Of a stretch of DNA of 64,000 nucleotides, positions 45,145 through 58,732 are shown piece by piece. This stretch comes from Balanoglossus misakiensis. Taxonomy: Eukaryota; Animalia; Hemichordata. The stretch's first letter is position 1, and the number at the start of each line of letters is the position of its first letter. Below the pieces are notes generated by a model that was given only the letters and a program-made list of their open reading frames with translations, searched no databases and had not been told where the DNA came from. The stretch covers positions 6,944,001 to 7,008,000 of the forward strand of contig CM082590.2 of assembly GCA_040954595.2 (NCBI GenBank), read 5' to 3'. A program made the translations under genes and the position numbers.

Positions 45145-48100
45145 CCAACCAACCAACCAACCAATCAATTATAATTTATCAAGCACCAGAATCTGAGAAC
45201 AAAATAATATCTTAATTGACATCTACACAGCAGGATCTATCATATCATCAGACACAGACAAATGAGTGCACACCAAATGGAGAAATCACATGTTACATGT
45301 ACCTGACCACTGTTGTACCATTCTAAAGCATTTTGTACAGACTCTTGATTTGCCATTAAAACCCATGCCACACCAGTAGGTTTCTTCATAACAAGATCCT
45401 GAATGTAAAGAAATTGGAACCTTTTTACTGAAATTGTTGTATAAACTTTCATAACTTTAAAATTTATTATTTTTACTATATGCCTTACTTATCTAGATTG
45501 CCATGTTTCTACAGAATTCAATAAAAAAGGCGCAAAACTATATTATCAATTGAGACATCTATATAAATTAGAATGTATGTATGTATGTATGTATGTATGT
45601 GTGTAAGTGTGTATGTATGTAAGTGTGTATGTATGTATGTATGTACCGTATGTATGTATGTATGTATGTATGTGTGTGTACCGGTATGTATGTATGTATG
45701 CATGCGTGCGTGCGTGTATGTGTGTGTGTATGTATGTATGTATGTATAATGTATGTATGTATGTATGTACATACAGTTGTATATGTACATGTGTTCTTAT
45801 GTGTGTGTATGTATGTATTAAGATTTACTTGTATGTATGTACATGAGATGCTATATTAGCAACATGGTTGATAGTCTAAAAATTACACCTTACCTTAATA
45901 AGACACACCTCCTTGACAGAGCAGTCAGCCTCGCTTTCCAAGACACCTTCCAGTTTACTTTCCGAGACACTGGCCGACACATTGGTCATGTAGACTGCAT
46001 GGTCTCTGTGCGTAGATACCTGGCAATTACATTTAAAAAATACAACATCAGGTGCATGCTGTCAAATGGAAAATTTTCATGAACATTAACCCTAATGCTA
46101 CTGGGTGTCATATCTGTTTAGAGTGTCAAGTCCCTTAAAATGCGTATTTGCCACTTTTTCTTCTAAAACGTATTTTGACTGTCTTGACATGGCTCCCATA
46201 CGTACTTAGACACACTTGGCAGTCTGAGCCCCCTGTAAATTTGGTCTGAGGGTCTTGTATAGGCCCTACTGAATAACACACACTTGGCAGTCTAACAGGC
46301 CTGGGAGCCAGGATTCTAGGCACCCTGGAAATCAAACCAGTTTCAACTGACTTGGCAGCGTTAGGGTTAAGGGTCTTGTAGAGGCCCTACTGAATAACAC
46401 ACACTTGGCAGTCTAACAGGCCTGGGAGCCAGGATTCTAGGCACCCTGGAAATCAAACCAGTTTCAACTGACTTGGCAGCGTTAGGGTTAAATCTCGTGA
46501 ACTTTATGAGGGCCAGAAAACACGAAAATAAATTGTCGTGAATTCTGACAATGCAGTTAGTGAAATATGACAACATGAAAATTAATCGTTGCAAAATATT
46601 AAGCTCTGTTGATTTCGCAAAAATCTCCTGTTGAGAAAATTTCAGCTGGACATTTCTCAATCACAAGTTGCAGTCAGGGTTTGTCCAAGGAAAAGGAACA
46701 CATTTTATTGTTATCCTAAATGTTTATCTGTATTTCAATTTCTATTTTAAGTTGGGGTTAAATACCCAAGATCAATGCTATGGGACACATACAGTAAAAC
46801 AGGAAATTTTCTAAAGAGGCAATTGTTACGAGACGAATTATTTTCGCGTTCTCATATTCACTGCATTGTTATCTCTAAAAAAAAAATTAAGTGACTTTTT
46901 ATTTTTGCGTTTTTGTGGTTCTCGTGTTTTTATTGTTTGCGAAAAATTTCCCGTTTTACAGTACATGTCTAATATTATTAATTTTCATTTATATATAGTA
47001 TAAATAATTACCTGTAACCACGATGGCACACTGGTGTTCTTATCTATGTCTATTATCATATTCCATTCTCCTGCGGTCAGAGTAGGAACACCTATACAGG
47101 CAAATTGATAATAATAATGCATATAGTTATATTTGAGAAACTAAGAAAATGTGTATTGGTCCTTTGGCAATAATGGTTTGCTCTAAATCTAGTGTCTTTT
47201 ATGGTAAAATTGGACGACCTGCACTGAGGGGAGGGGGGGGGGTGAAAGTATAAAGGTGACACTAGAGAATTGTCTCTGTTTCAAGTTACCACCATGCTCT
47301 TAAAGAGACAAAGTCTCTCTCTCGCAGGCCATTTCCATTAATTATATTTGATACAAGACACTGTTTATGTTATCCTATGTGTGGATATATAGTGAATCAA
47401 CGTTCAACCACACACAACTTCTATTCCGTTTGTAGGATATGAGAGTAAAAATCTTGCCAAAATGAATAAATGGTAAACACCGATTATTCATTTTGGCGAG
47501 TTTTTCACTCTTGTGTCTACAAGTGGGATGGAATTTGTGTGTGTTCGAACGTTGATTCACTATATATCCACATGTACATTAACATAAACAGTGTCTTGTA
47601 TCAAACATAATTAATGGAAAAGGGGCAGCGAGAGAGAGACTTTGTCCTGGGAGGTGTGTGTGGTCGAACGTTGATTCACTATATATCCACATGTAGAATA
47701 ACAGAAACAGTGTCTTGTATCAAACATAATTAATGGGAAAAGGGCAGCGAGAGAGAGACTTTGTCCTGGGAGGTGTGTGTGGTCGAACGTTGATTCACTA
47801 TATGTCCACATGTAGAATAACATAAACAGTGTCTTGTATCAAACATAATTAATGGGAAAAGGGCAGCGAGAGAGAGACTTTGTCCTGGGAGGTGTGTGTG
47901 GTCGAACGTTGATTCACTATATATCCACATGTACATTAACATAAACAGTGTCTTGTATCGAATATAATTAATGGAAAAAGGGCAGCGAGAGAGAGAGACT
48001 TTGTCCCTTTAATAATTGAGTATAGGCACCACTTACCATCTTGGTCACCTCTCATGACAGCACACAGTTCCAACACGTGATTTAACTTCACACACGGTGG

Positions 48101-51100
48101 ATGTTTCCTGGCGTAGTCTGTCTTGATCGACTGGCTGTCAATCATTTTGCCCAACGGCCCAGGAAATCCACCCAGCCCACTGACGTTGATGACTAGTCCA
48201 TTAGGAAGTCGTGGCAATGAACTTGTACTGGCTTTGTACTCGTTGTACTCATCTTCCTCCAGTGTGTAGCCTGAAGTAAAAGACAAAATGTACATTTAAT
48301 ATTTGTAAATCACAAGCTGTAAATTGTAAACATCTTCCTCAAGTGTGTTACCTGAAATAAAATGAGATTTAAATACACAGGGCATTTAAAGCGCCTAGCT
48401 CGTCTCACACGCATGTTCCAACTGTAGCCGCTGGTTAATACAGACGTTTAGTGAACAGTCAATCCCATAAGGCAGTGCTCTGTTCTAACAACAGAGAAGA
48501 TGGCGGCGACCATAATCTGTGTCGGAGATCGTGAAAAGACACCAGCTTGGGTGAAAAGGAGGGACAAAACCAGAATCTACTTATACGGTGCGCATGAAAT
48601 ATGGAAGGAAGCGAAGGCAGTCCACTATTTGAATGCATCGAACGGAACATTTGCTGGGAAGTTACGCGCAAGCAGATACGCTGGCATTCAAATTTCCAGA
48701 TGACGGGCAACTTCAACAACGTGGTGCAGACTAAGACTGTGCAGACGAAACTCCATGAGGCTGATGAGGCACCACACCTGATACATGTTACGTGTCTGGC
48801 GGTTCCTGAGTATAATTGTACCCAGAAACAAAAACTTTTACCGGAGGCGGAAAAAATGCTCGTCCGTCACCTGGAAATGACAATGCCATGGGACACATAG
48901 CCAGATCACGTGATTGATAGTAAAGAATACAAAAACTGTAACTAAGGCCAGAGAGAAAAAAAAACTTGTTCATCGGATTTTTTGGACCTAGTTCCAGGAG
49001 CGGCGAGCGAATATGTTATTTATTTATTTTTTTTAGGCTGAAGGTAAATGCGGTTCTCTGGCATATTTGCACAGATGCAGACATGGCGAGATAATTGTTT
49101 CCCTTTTTACCAGAAATATCTCAGACAAAAACACTGATACATGTACTTGTAACTGAATTCAATACTATATTTCCCAACAATAACATAGGCCATTACATTT
49201 ACAGTTGATGTTTGCACAAGATATTCTGGCCACCAGCGCCAGTACTAAGAATTTTGTCACAACGCGGAAGTAGAATTTGCTGAGATCCAAAAAAAAAAAA
49301 ATTTCCAAATCAGCCAAAGTAGAAGCGGCGATTCCGATGAACAATTTATTTTTTCTTCCTGGCCTAATGGTGAATTTATAGAAATTATAGAAAATAAGTT
49401 ATCTTTTAGATCACATACCTAAATTATCAGCCAAAGTCTTTAATATTCCTGTCATATCCTCTTCATCATACGTCGGTTTCTGGTCCCTGCATTCTAGAGA
49501 CTTGAGTGTTGATTTACTGGAGATTGTACTAACCAGCGTTTTAAGTCCTTGGACATCAATGTTATTGCCGCTAACAGAGAGGCTGTGTATTCTGCATTGA
49601 TCGCTGCCAAGGAGTTTAGACAAGGCCTCAGCTCCGACTGTGGAAATCTGTCAATATGTATAGTTCAAACGATTCAGGAATTACGCATGCAAATTATTAA
49701 TTTCAGGACATTACATGAGTTTTTGCTGTGATTTTCAAAAAAAAAGTAAAACAAAGAGTACAGTTTTCTGTGAATACTTGTTCAAATTCTCTGCCAATGT
49801 TTTTTTCCAAGACAATCACACACAACTTCCATCCCGCTTATATGATATGAGAGTAAAAACTCGCCTAAAATTAATAAACAGTAGAGACCAATGATTCATT
49901 TTGGCAAGTTTTTTCACTCTTGTGCCTACAAGCGGATTGAAGGCATATGTGGTTGAACGTTGATTCACTATATATAACTGTAAAACACTTTATTTTCGCA
50001 AGTTGAAATTTTCGTGATATCGAGAGAGGCCACTGTTTCGTGAGTATTAATTTTCGCGTTCTTTTATCTCATTCACTGCATCATTATCTTCAAAAAATTT
50101 ACGCGACTTTTTATTTTCACGCTATTTTGGCTCTTGGCTCGAAAATTTATTGCTTGCGAAAAAAGTGTTTTACAGTACCTAACTTTGGCAAACGTAATTC
50201 TTATACCCTACCTTGTTGAGAGACAGGTCCAACCCTTCCAGTGGGTAGCTCCCATGTGATAGAACGGCCTCCACCATGGCCGAAACTGTAGTATCTGACA
50301 GCCTATTGGCTGATAGTCTGAGCATGTGCAATGATAGCCCTTGTTTGATAGCACCGACCAATGGCGTGAGGTCTTTGTCACTGAGTGCGCAATTGGACAT
50401 TGATAGTGACTCCAGACTACACGTACTGGCTGTAAAGTGTAATAATTAAGAAAGTAATTATACATTATCGTAGGAAATTATGTCAGACGTGCTCAGACGG
50501 CAGTTGCGTTGGCATTCAAATTTCCAAATGACGGGCAACTTCAACAACATGGTGCAGACAAACGCCACGAGGATGATAAGGCACCATACCTGATACATGT
50601 TACGTGTTTGGCGGTTCTATAGTGAAAACATACTGGATGCCGAACTATAGCTTGCCCGTCATCTGGAAATGACAATGCCGTGGGTCACACAGCCAGATCA
50701 CGTGATTGATAGTATGGCTGTCCCTACAGTGGTCAAACATAGATCAAGTGCCAAATCTGCTATGGATGTCACACCCACGAAGATTGTAGTGTACTAGCTG
50801 TCCCTGATAAATCAAAAGTCTATTCTTTGACACTTACTGTTTTGAAGTAGATCTGTTATAGCAGAAGAACCAGATAACTTCAGTCCATCCAAACACAACT
50901 TTCTAATCCCATCCGGTTTCAGGGAGTTCTTGGATAACTTTCCCACTGTGGACGGATTCATCTTGGCTTTCCGTAAATCCAAAGAGTGAAGCTTCGGGAA
51001 CAGGCTGCCATCACCAAGAGTTTCCGGAATGTGTTCAATCTTGTCCAGACCCAGGTGGAGTTCTTCAATGGAGCAACGTTCGCCATTTTCTGGGAAGACA

Positions 51101-51214
51101 TGGAGATGTTAACCCACAACTGCTGGAAAGTCATTTATGTGGTTGTTACTTTATTATATCACACTGTATATCATGGTAAAAAATATATCATTACTTTATA
51201 TTGCATATCATGAA

Positions 51215-51253
<39 letters not shown>

Positions 51254-54200
51254 ATGTATGTATGTATGTATGTATGTATGTATGTATGTATGTATGTATG
51301 TATGTATGTATGTATGTATGTATGTATGTATGTGGTATTTAATATGTATGTACGTACAAAGTATGCAGTTCGACTGGTATGATACAAAGTGTTCAATACT
51401 AAGGCTGCATTCACAAACACCTCTGGAGGGGGGGGCAGGAGAATTGAGGGGGGGGATTTGAAAAAATTGAGGGTATGTAAGGGGGGGGATTTGAAATAAT
51501 TTAGGGACTGAAAGGGGGGGACTTGAAAACTTTGACGACTAAATATTTATTTTGAGTCCACAAAAATGCAGTTTCGCGCCCTTTATTTTACAAAATTTTC
51601 TAATGTGGGAGGGGGACACCCCCTCCCACACCCACCCCCTCCATTTATCAACACCTTTCAAACATTGACTGGTTTATCTAGTGTCCCAGGTCAGGGGACT
51701 TGCCCCACCCCATGATAACTTTGAGCGGCGGCGGTTAAATTTGTCCTCCCCCACATACCGGTAGTTGAGTTAATGTGCTTTTGCCAGGTTCATTAAAATG
51801 CAGCTTTGAGCTCTGTATTTTATAAAATTTTCTTACGTGGGAGGGGGACACCCCCTCCCAAACCCACCCCCTTTAATTCTTGGTTTACAATGTCTCCCAA
51901 CATAGAATACAGATACTTAAAAAATAAAAACAATGTTCAGTTTTAATACCCACTGATGAGGGGAAACATCAGTTTCAAATTCTTTTCATGGGAGCGCTGT
52001 TTTTCTTTTTTACAAGATAGATAGGTGATGTGTTTTGCTGAGTGAAAGAAAATGGGGGGGGGGGGGATTTGAAAATTTTAGCAGTTCGGAAGGGGGGGAT
52101 TTGAAAATATTTCGGGTTGTAGAGGGGGGCATGTGAAAATTAACGGTAAAAAAAATTGAATTCTCCCGCCCCCCCCTCCAGAGGTGTTTGTGAATGCAGC
52201 CTAAAGTATGTTTGTATTTATATAATTCCATATAAATTTTTAGAGAATAAACAGTATTCACAAGAAAATCGTGCTTACTTGTTGCAGCTTGTTGAAATGA
52301 CTTAATGGTTGCCATGGTCACATCAGGATTATTTGATAGATCCAAAGAAGTCAAATTGACAAGTTGGCCTGGCATGCGATTGGTCAATGAGACTATGATG
52401 TCATCGATCAAGGTACAGTTCACCAAGCTGACAGCAATCAAGTTACTTTCATGATGAGGCGTGGTTGTTGATGCGTTTGCTGTGTTCTCATTCCTGTCGA
52501 TAATCTTGGTGTCGTCCAGACTGAGAGCTCGTAGCTGTGGGTGGCACACCGTGGCCAGTAAAAGTTCTGCGAAGTCACTCCCGGTTGCAACCTGTCGGAA
52601 CAATCAGAAAACAAAATTCTGGTTAAAGCCTCTAGAGCTTTAACATGTTTAAAACATCTAGAGCTGCTAATTTTTGCATTATTTTCATGACTTTATTTTC
52701 CAACTTAAATTGGTCAATCTATATTAAAGCTTGACTGATAGGTATACATGAACATCTCATCGATGCCCGATTGTGACTGCATGTTGCAATTTGAACACGC
52801 TATGTATTAAAACGGTGAATTTAATCAGCCTCCATACAAACAGTACGCAGCTATCGTGGTATGTGTCGCCAAGGGATGACAAACTGATGCAAATGCAAGT
52901 AATATGACTTAATGGTGAAGATTTTGGAGGATAGGGAATATGTTTGAAGCATATTTTATTGTAAAAAAAATATGTGAAATTTGGCAGCTTTGAGGGCCAA
53001 ACTCAGATCTTACCTCATTGCCCCCAGCATTCAACTTTTTCAGCGTCTTGTTGCTAAGCAACCCCTCTGATAGGGACTTCATTCCTTTCGCATCAATGCC
53101 AGTTGATTTCATCTCAAGTATTTCCATGCAGCATGATGGTTTCTGTGTAGAAAATAATGACTTTGCAATCAGCAACAATAACTGGGGTCCATATATGACT
53201 TAAAGTTATACGGTCACCTATGGAAAATTAGCTCTAGTTACCATGGCAAATTGAGATCTAGCCAATCACAGATTTTCAGTGGGTGGCATACACGAAAAAA
53301 AGAGCGCCATGATACGTTCTTTAGAACACTCATATATGCCATTTTTGTCATTTATGGACATATGACTTAAAGGGAAGGGGTCGCCGCGCCGCGTGGGTGA
53401 TGAGAATATGTAAGAACCTCGATTTTAGTCAAGAACCTCAGCCACGTATAAAAATTGGTATTTATAGGGACAAAGTCTCTCTCTCGCTGCCTCTTTTCAT
53501 TAATTATGTTTGATACAAGACACCGTTTATGTTATTCTACATGTGGATATGTAGTGAATAAACGTTTGACCATACACACCTTCCGTCCCGCTTGTAGATA
53601 CAATAGTGAAAAACTTGCCAAAATGAATAATTGGTGTTTACCATTTATTCATTTTGGAGAGATTTTTTCTCATATTCTGCAAACAGGATGGAAGTTGTGT
53701 GTGGTCGAACGTTGATTCACTATATTCCACATGTAGAATCACAGTGTCTTGTATCAAACAGAATTTATGGAAAAAGGGCAGCGAGAGAGGCACTTTGTCC
53801 CTTTATTAAGAACCTTGATGGTAATTCTCACCTTCAGAACATCTGCAACTAATTTACCACTGCCTTCTCCATTACTCAGCTGGTTATGACTGCAGTCCAA
53901 CTCAATTAACGAATTGTTCTCGTTCAGATTCTCCAGAAACAAATTGAGATCAGTCGCTCCGCAACTGGCAAACCTACAATGATTAGAACGAAAGAATTGA
54001 AGAATATTTTATCTTTAGGCTCAGGAAATCGTCACGTCATTGCAAAAAGCAAAATAAAAAATATATGCTGTTCCGATTACCCGACCAACCCTAATTTTAA
54101 CCCAACGATCCTCCTAAACTTTTTAGAGCTTTGTAAACCCGTAAGTAAAATTAAAGATGTCAAATATACAAAAATGATGAATCACACGAGAACAATGATG

Positions 54201-57045
54201 AAATTGCATGCATCACGCAAGAACTATGACCACATTCTTCTACACTACGGCGGCCAGAGAAATAAAAAAATTACCTACTACCTACCCTATTTTGAAAACC
54301 ATGTAATCGGAACAGCACATATTATTTTGGGGGGCGCCTAAGTGCATATTTTCATATTTCTACATGATTTCCTAGTAATGGTTGAAAATGTTTGCAAGCG
54401 GAAAACAAAAAATATCAAGACCAGACAAATAGATTTCCTAAAAGACAACATTTCTTGATGGGGGAACTTGCCCATTTAATGTTTATATCAGACTTTTGGC
54501 TCTCCGGTAAAAATATGAAAATATGCAGTTACAACCTTTCTGCACTGTACAAACACTAAATTTCCTGTTTTTGATGTTAATTACCATAATATTTCCTGTT
54601 TCTATGGTAACATGATACACACTGACAAGTGTATTAAGACTAACAGTGTGTTTGCTTCCTGTACATTTCCTATTCTTTTCAATAATTGATAACTTTGGCT
54701 CAGACTTGTTAAAGCCTCCAGAGCTGCTGTGCCGAATTTCACATATTATTTTTCCACAAAAATACTTCAAATATATATATTCCCTATCCTTTAAAATCCT
54801 CATCATTAAGCCATAATTACTTGCATTTGCATCAGTTTGTCATCTCTTGGCGACGCAAACCACGATAACTGTGTACTGTTTGGATGGAGGCTGATTGAAT
54901 CGGTTTAATTCATAGCGTGTTCAAATTGCAACATGCAGTCACAATCAGGCATCAATAGCCAAGTCGGGTACCAAGTGGAATAGTTTTAATGGAGGCTTCT
55001 TGTAATGTAATTTGACAGAACCATTTACTTACTTCAGACACTTCAATGAATTGTTAGTTTTCATCGCTGGTCCAACGCTGCGTGAGAAGAAATCCTTACC
55101 AAGGCTGTTACTCGACACATCCAACCAAGTTAGAGTAGAGTTTCTGGATAATAACTCGCCAAGGCATAGCTGGAATATTAAACGGACATTAGCTGTAACT
55201 TTTGGCTTTAATGCCAGTATTTTTGGTCTGTGACCAATCAATAATTTGCCAAGACATTGCTAGAACATTAAAGGGACATTAGCTGTAACTTTTGGCTTTA
55301 ATTCCAGTTTTTTTGTTCTGTGACCAATGAATAATTTGCCAAGACATTGCTAGAATATTAAAGGGACAAAGTCTCTCTCGCTGCCCTTTTTCCATAAATT
55401 ATGTTTGATACAAGACACCGTTTATGTTATTCTACATGTGGATATATAGTGAATCAACATTCAACCACACACAACTTCCATCCCACTTGTAGACTCACTA
55501 AAATGAATAATCAGTCTCTAGTGTTAATTCATTTTGGCGAGATTTTTACTCTTATATCCTACAAACGGGATGGGAATTATGTGTGGTTGAATGTTGATTC
55601 ACAATATATCCACATGTAGAAGAATGTAACTGGTGTCTTTCGTCAAACATAATTAATGGGAAAAGGGCAGCGAGAGAGAGACTTTGTCCCTTTAAGGACA
55701 CCTCTGTATTAAGGACAGATTTTCTGTTTCCAGAGGTGTCCTTAACAGACAGGTTTCACTATACATGTACTTACAGAGCTGTCTGTGTCAGCCTGGTTAT
55801 TTGCAATATTGAGTGTTGTAACGCTGTGGCTGTACATCAACGCTAGCACTGCAGCACGAAAACCCTGGGGCCCGAGCCGATTACCGGAAAAATCCAACTC
55901 CTACAAAATAAACAGAACGTCAGTGAAAATGTCAAAATAATGGACATTTTGACAGAAAATCAATCATTTTTCTCAATATGTCCATAGAAGGTTCATAAGA
56001 CGCAGTGTTATATATTTTATCTGTACAGTCAAACCTCTCTATAGTGGCCAGTCAAGGGACTTTCCTAAACTGGCCTTTATAAGACATGTACATAATTATT
56101 CAAGGGACTTTCCTAAACTGGCCTTTATAAAGGCCACTTTAGGAAAGTCCCTTGACTGGCCACTATAGAGAGGTTTGACTGTAGTACAAACACTGGAGCT
56201 GACTAAAGTATCACCTTTAACCCTTTTCACCCCCATTTCTCTTTATAGAGGTCCTACTTTGCCATGGAAAACAATGGATTTGGACCAAACCATGGTGGTG
56301 AAAGGGTTAAAGATGTCCCGGGCAATGATAAAACTAGATGCACACACTCAAAGAAGTGATAAAAAAAACTTACAACCAAATTCTGAATCTTGGACACAAG
56401 AGTCGCCATGGAGAAGTCGGGATTTGGTGGGATTCTTTCCAAATGCAAAGACCAGACACCTGGTTTTACATTTGCATATAAGTCATCTGTTCTGACCAAT
56501 CGACACATTGCTCTCAGCGCATTATTAAAATCCACCTGGTCAGAGCCAATGCCTTGTATTTCATTCGTGCTGACTGAATTGTCTGATTGTTGGCTTTCAG
56601 TTGACGACACAGTTAGAGTCTTTGAAGTGCTTGTTGACGTTTCTTTTCCACTGCCTTCGTTGTTTATCGCTGTTTTCTCTGAAGTAGCTGTACTGGTTGA
56701 ACTTTTTTCTGAAGCCAATTTATCAGAACTGCTCCCTGAAGTGACTTTGCTTGCTGTGTCTTTTAATTTTGGACTTTTTGACAGACTTTCAGTTTTCGAC
56801 GTTCCAGCCTCGGGTTCACTCTGTTGCCCGCCACCATTTTGTTCTTCCTCTGTGTCTGGTCCAGTCACAGCACCCGTTTCATCCGACCCTCCAGCTTTCT
56901 CCTGCTTTGAATTCTGTTCCACATTGCTATTGGCTGAAGTATTTTGTGTTTCAACTTGATTGGTTGGTGGTGAACTTTGACCTGGGCCTTCATTTGAATG
57001 TTGACCACTTTCACCAGGAGGTTGGCTTGAACTTGAACATCCCAT
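42980..57045 (-). CDS. Uncharacterised about 995-aa protein: N-terminal MGCSSS acylation motif, Ser/Thr-rich linker, RI-like leucine-rich repeats, C-terminal RRM-like domain (15 coding exons)
   Basis: Phase-consistent GT-AG exon chain: 56374-57045, 55775-55900, 55033-55169, 53832-53973, 53014-53142, 52279-52591, 50838-51089, 50212-50429, 49419-49647, 48037-48270, 47012-47091, 45894-46019, 45303-45398, 44797-44885, 42980-43124 (sum 2988 nt, ends ..ADGRVW*). LRRs such as [42 protein letters not shown]. Confidence 0.82.
43252..44630. mobile_element. MITE family A copy carrying a nested about 1.1-kb foldback element (about 43296-44392)
   Basis: Family A ends with TTAA flanks, split at AATTAT|GTTTGATAC by an insert that begins with an about 185-bp hairpin. 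Confidence 0.8.
44945..45168. repeat. (CAAT)/(CAGT)/(CCAA) microsatellite
   Basis: Seen directly. Confidence 0.95.
45573..45841. repeat. (TATG)n microsatellite
   Basis: Seen directly. Confidence 0.95.
46090..46487. mobile_element. piggyBac-like MITE (family B)
   Basis: TTAA|CCCTAATGCT ... AGCGTTAGGG|TTAA; terminal about 121-bp unit present twice. Confidence 0.75.
47304..48008. mobile_element. MITE family A copy with three extra tandem copies of its right arm
   Basis: TTAA flanks; about 119-bp unit GGAGGTGTGTGTGGTCGAACG...GACTTTGTCC repeated from about 47649. Confidence 0.85.
48946..49364. mobile_element. PIF/Harbinger-type MITE
   Basis: TAA|GGCCAG..TTGTTCATCGGA ... TCCGATGAACAA..CTGGCC|TAA. 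Confidence 0.7.
50485..50712. repeat. Dispersed about 250-bp repeat (family C); also near 48675-48921 (+) and 61837-62095 (-)
   Basis: Shared GGCATTCAAATTTCCA(A/G)ATGACGGGCAACTTCAACAAC..CTGATACATGTTACGTGT..CTGGAAATGACAA..GTGATTGATAGTA. Confidence 0.8.
51215..51333. repeat. (TCTG)n(TATG)n microsatellite
   Basis: Seen directly. Confidence 0.95.
51403..52201. mobile_element. PIF/Harbinger-type MITE
   Basis: TAA|GGCTGCATTCACAAACACCTCTGGAGGGG ... CCCCTCCAGAGGTGTTTGTGAATGCAGCC|TAA. Confidence 0.85.
53466..53802. mobile_element. MITE family A copy
   Basis: Same TIRs, flanked by TTAT on both sides, which confirms a 4-bp TSD. Confidence 0.85.
55362..55691. mobile_element. Palindromic MITE family A (4-bp TSD, usually TTAA; AG..CT ends, Kolobok-like)
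   Basis: TTAA|AGGGACAAAGTCTCTCTCGCTGCCC ... GACTTTGTCCCT|TTAA; other copies near 20216-20560, 40107-40445, 49815-49975, 59574-59697 and 60782-60990. Confidence 0.85.
56026..56182. mobile_element. Tc1/mariner-pogo-type MITE
   Basis: TA|CAGTCAAACCTCTCTATAGTGGCCAGTCAAGGGACTTTCCTAAA and its inverse ..GAGGTTTGACTG|TA; related small elements near 42284-42462, 46791-46963 and 49977-50177. Confidence 0.75.
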
Positions 57046-58589
57046 GTTTTTGAAATCTGAAGGTAAAATCACATGAAAAGTTTGTCAAGAAAAGAAGGAT
57101 ATGACCTAAAATAAAGTTGTTGTTTTTTTCTGTTAGAGAATTTATCTATTGAAGAAGTTTTATTCTTCATTACATGATCAGAAATTTAAAAAAAAATGAA
57201 AGCTAATTCATCACTATGTCACTTGTTTGGAAAAAGTCAATGGGTTTGGACTGAACCATGGTGGCGAAATGGTCAAGCACAGTTTCAGGATTAATAATCA
57301 AAAGTTTTATTTTCTTCTGTTAAAAGTCCGCAAACTGCAATCATCCAAAATGTGGGTGTTTGAAGTATTTTTTCTTCAAAACAATGCAAAAACAATTGTT
57401 TATCAGGAATGATATACTGCTATGTAAGTATCATCATTAAAAGTTCACTCTCAGACAATACATGTATGTGCTTTGATCAAACTTAGGTGGGTTGGGTCAG
57501 GCAGATATAAATTGTAAATTAAATTGTAAAGATGAAATTTGGCCAGGCACAAATTTCAATAGTAATATATGTATTGCTATCTGCTTTAGGAAAACTTTGT
57601 TGGGTTCCAGGCTATCCAATTATAAACTTTTCCTAAGTAAACTACATCACCCCAATTACACATGAAGCATTCAGCAATGTGGTATTAGTATACATGCAGA
57701 CTGTAGTATGGGTGGAAACACACATATGTGTTGGGGGGGGGGGGGAGGGGTCTCCCCCCCCCCCCCCAATACTAGGCCATAGCTCAGTGTGTTTCCACAG
57801 CTAAGCTTGGAAATGGAATAAATATACACGCCCCCTCTCCTGTACTTCATAAAGGCGGAGTTATCGAAATGCGAGGCAGTCATATTCGCTTTTGTGACTA
57901 GCGCTGGGCAGCTGCGGTACCTCACAGTACCTCATGTACCACAAGCGTCATCTTGTGTCATGGCAACCGAGTATCTTATCCACGCGCTGAATGAAACATA
58001 CTCGTCAATTTATAAGAAAAAAAACTTGTAACTTACAAAGTAGCGGTGAATTCACATCCTGTCTTCATCCACGGTCAACTTCTACGTGCTGTCCGACCAA
58101 CAAGTGACTGACTCAGCTGAAAACTGCTTTCTTGTTTATGTGTCGATCGATCGTCTGCTCTTGTGGGCGGCCATTGACAAGTTAGTCATTTGCAGTCTGC
58201 GATAGCTTCAAACCTACAATTTGTAAAGTCGGTGGTTAGAACAATTACAATATACAAATTTATAATAAAGGTCATTTTTTCTTTATTTTTTCTTGTCGAC
58301 ACAAAATATACTCGGGAATGTAGTTTGAACGTGTATTTCTCAATAAGTGACCTGGGTCATCTGCTCGGGTCAAAGGTTACACGCGGAGGACCGTTGATAA
58401 ATTACTATAAGTTAGGCACTTTCACGGGTAAAATGCAGATGCCCTATAGCAAAATTTAAATTCTAAGAGATAAAAATATCAATATTCAGCAAAAAGGAGG
58501 CATATTTTAGTCCCAACAAATATTTGGGCAAACGTAGTCTGGGCGCCCTCAGCGGACACTAATTCGACACAGGAAATGAAAGCCCCGCT

Positions 58590-58623
58590 CTGATTGGTCA
58601 ACTATTCAAGAACGAAATTTGAA
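58590..58623 (+). promoter_or_regulatory. Inverted CCAAT box + CHR element (TTTGAA) upstream of KIF23
   Basis: CTGATTGG at 58590-58597 and TTTGAA at 58618-58623, about 110 nt before the ATG; the NF-Y + CHR arrangement typical of G2/M genes. Confidence 0.6.
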
Positions 58624-58732
58624 TCGGATTAGAATTTTCAGAACGCAGCGACTGCACGTTGGACTTAGCGAACTTCAACGAAATCTCCGATCACTGCCAA
58701 AATATCACCAATTTCTGCCTGATATTGCAAAC

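Noticed and set aside
46086-46491. Interstitial telomeric sequence (TTAGGG/CCCTAA)
   Set aside because: Single hexamers forming the TTAA-CCC termini of a MITE, not a telomeric array.
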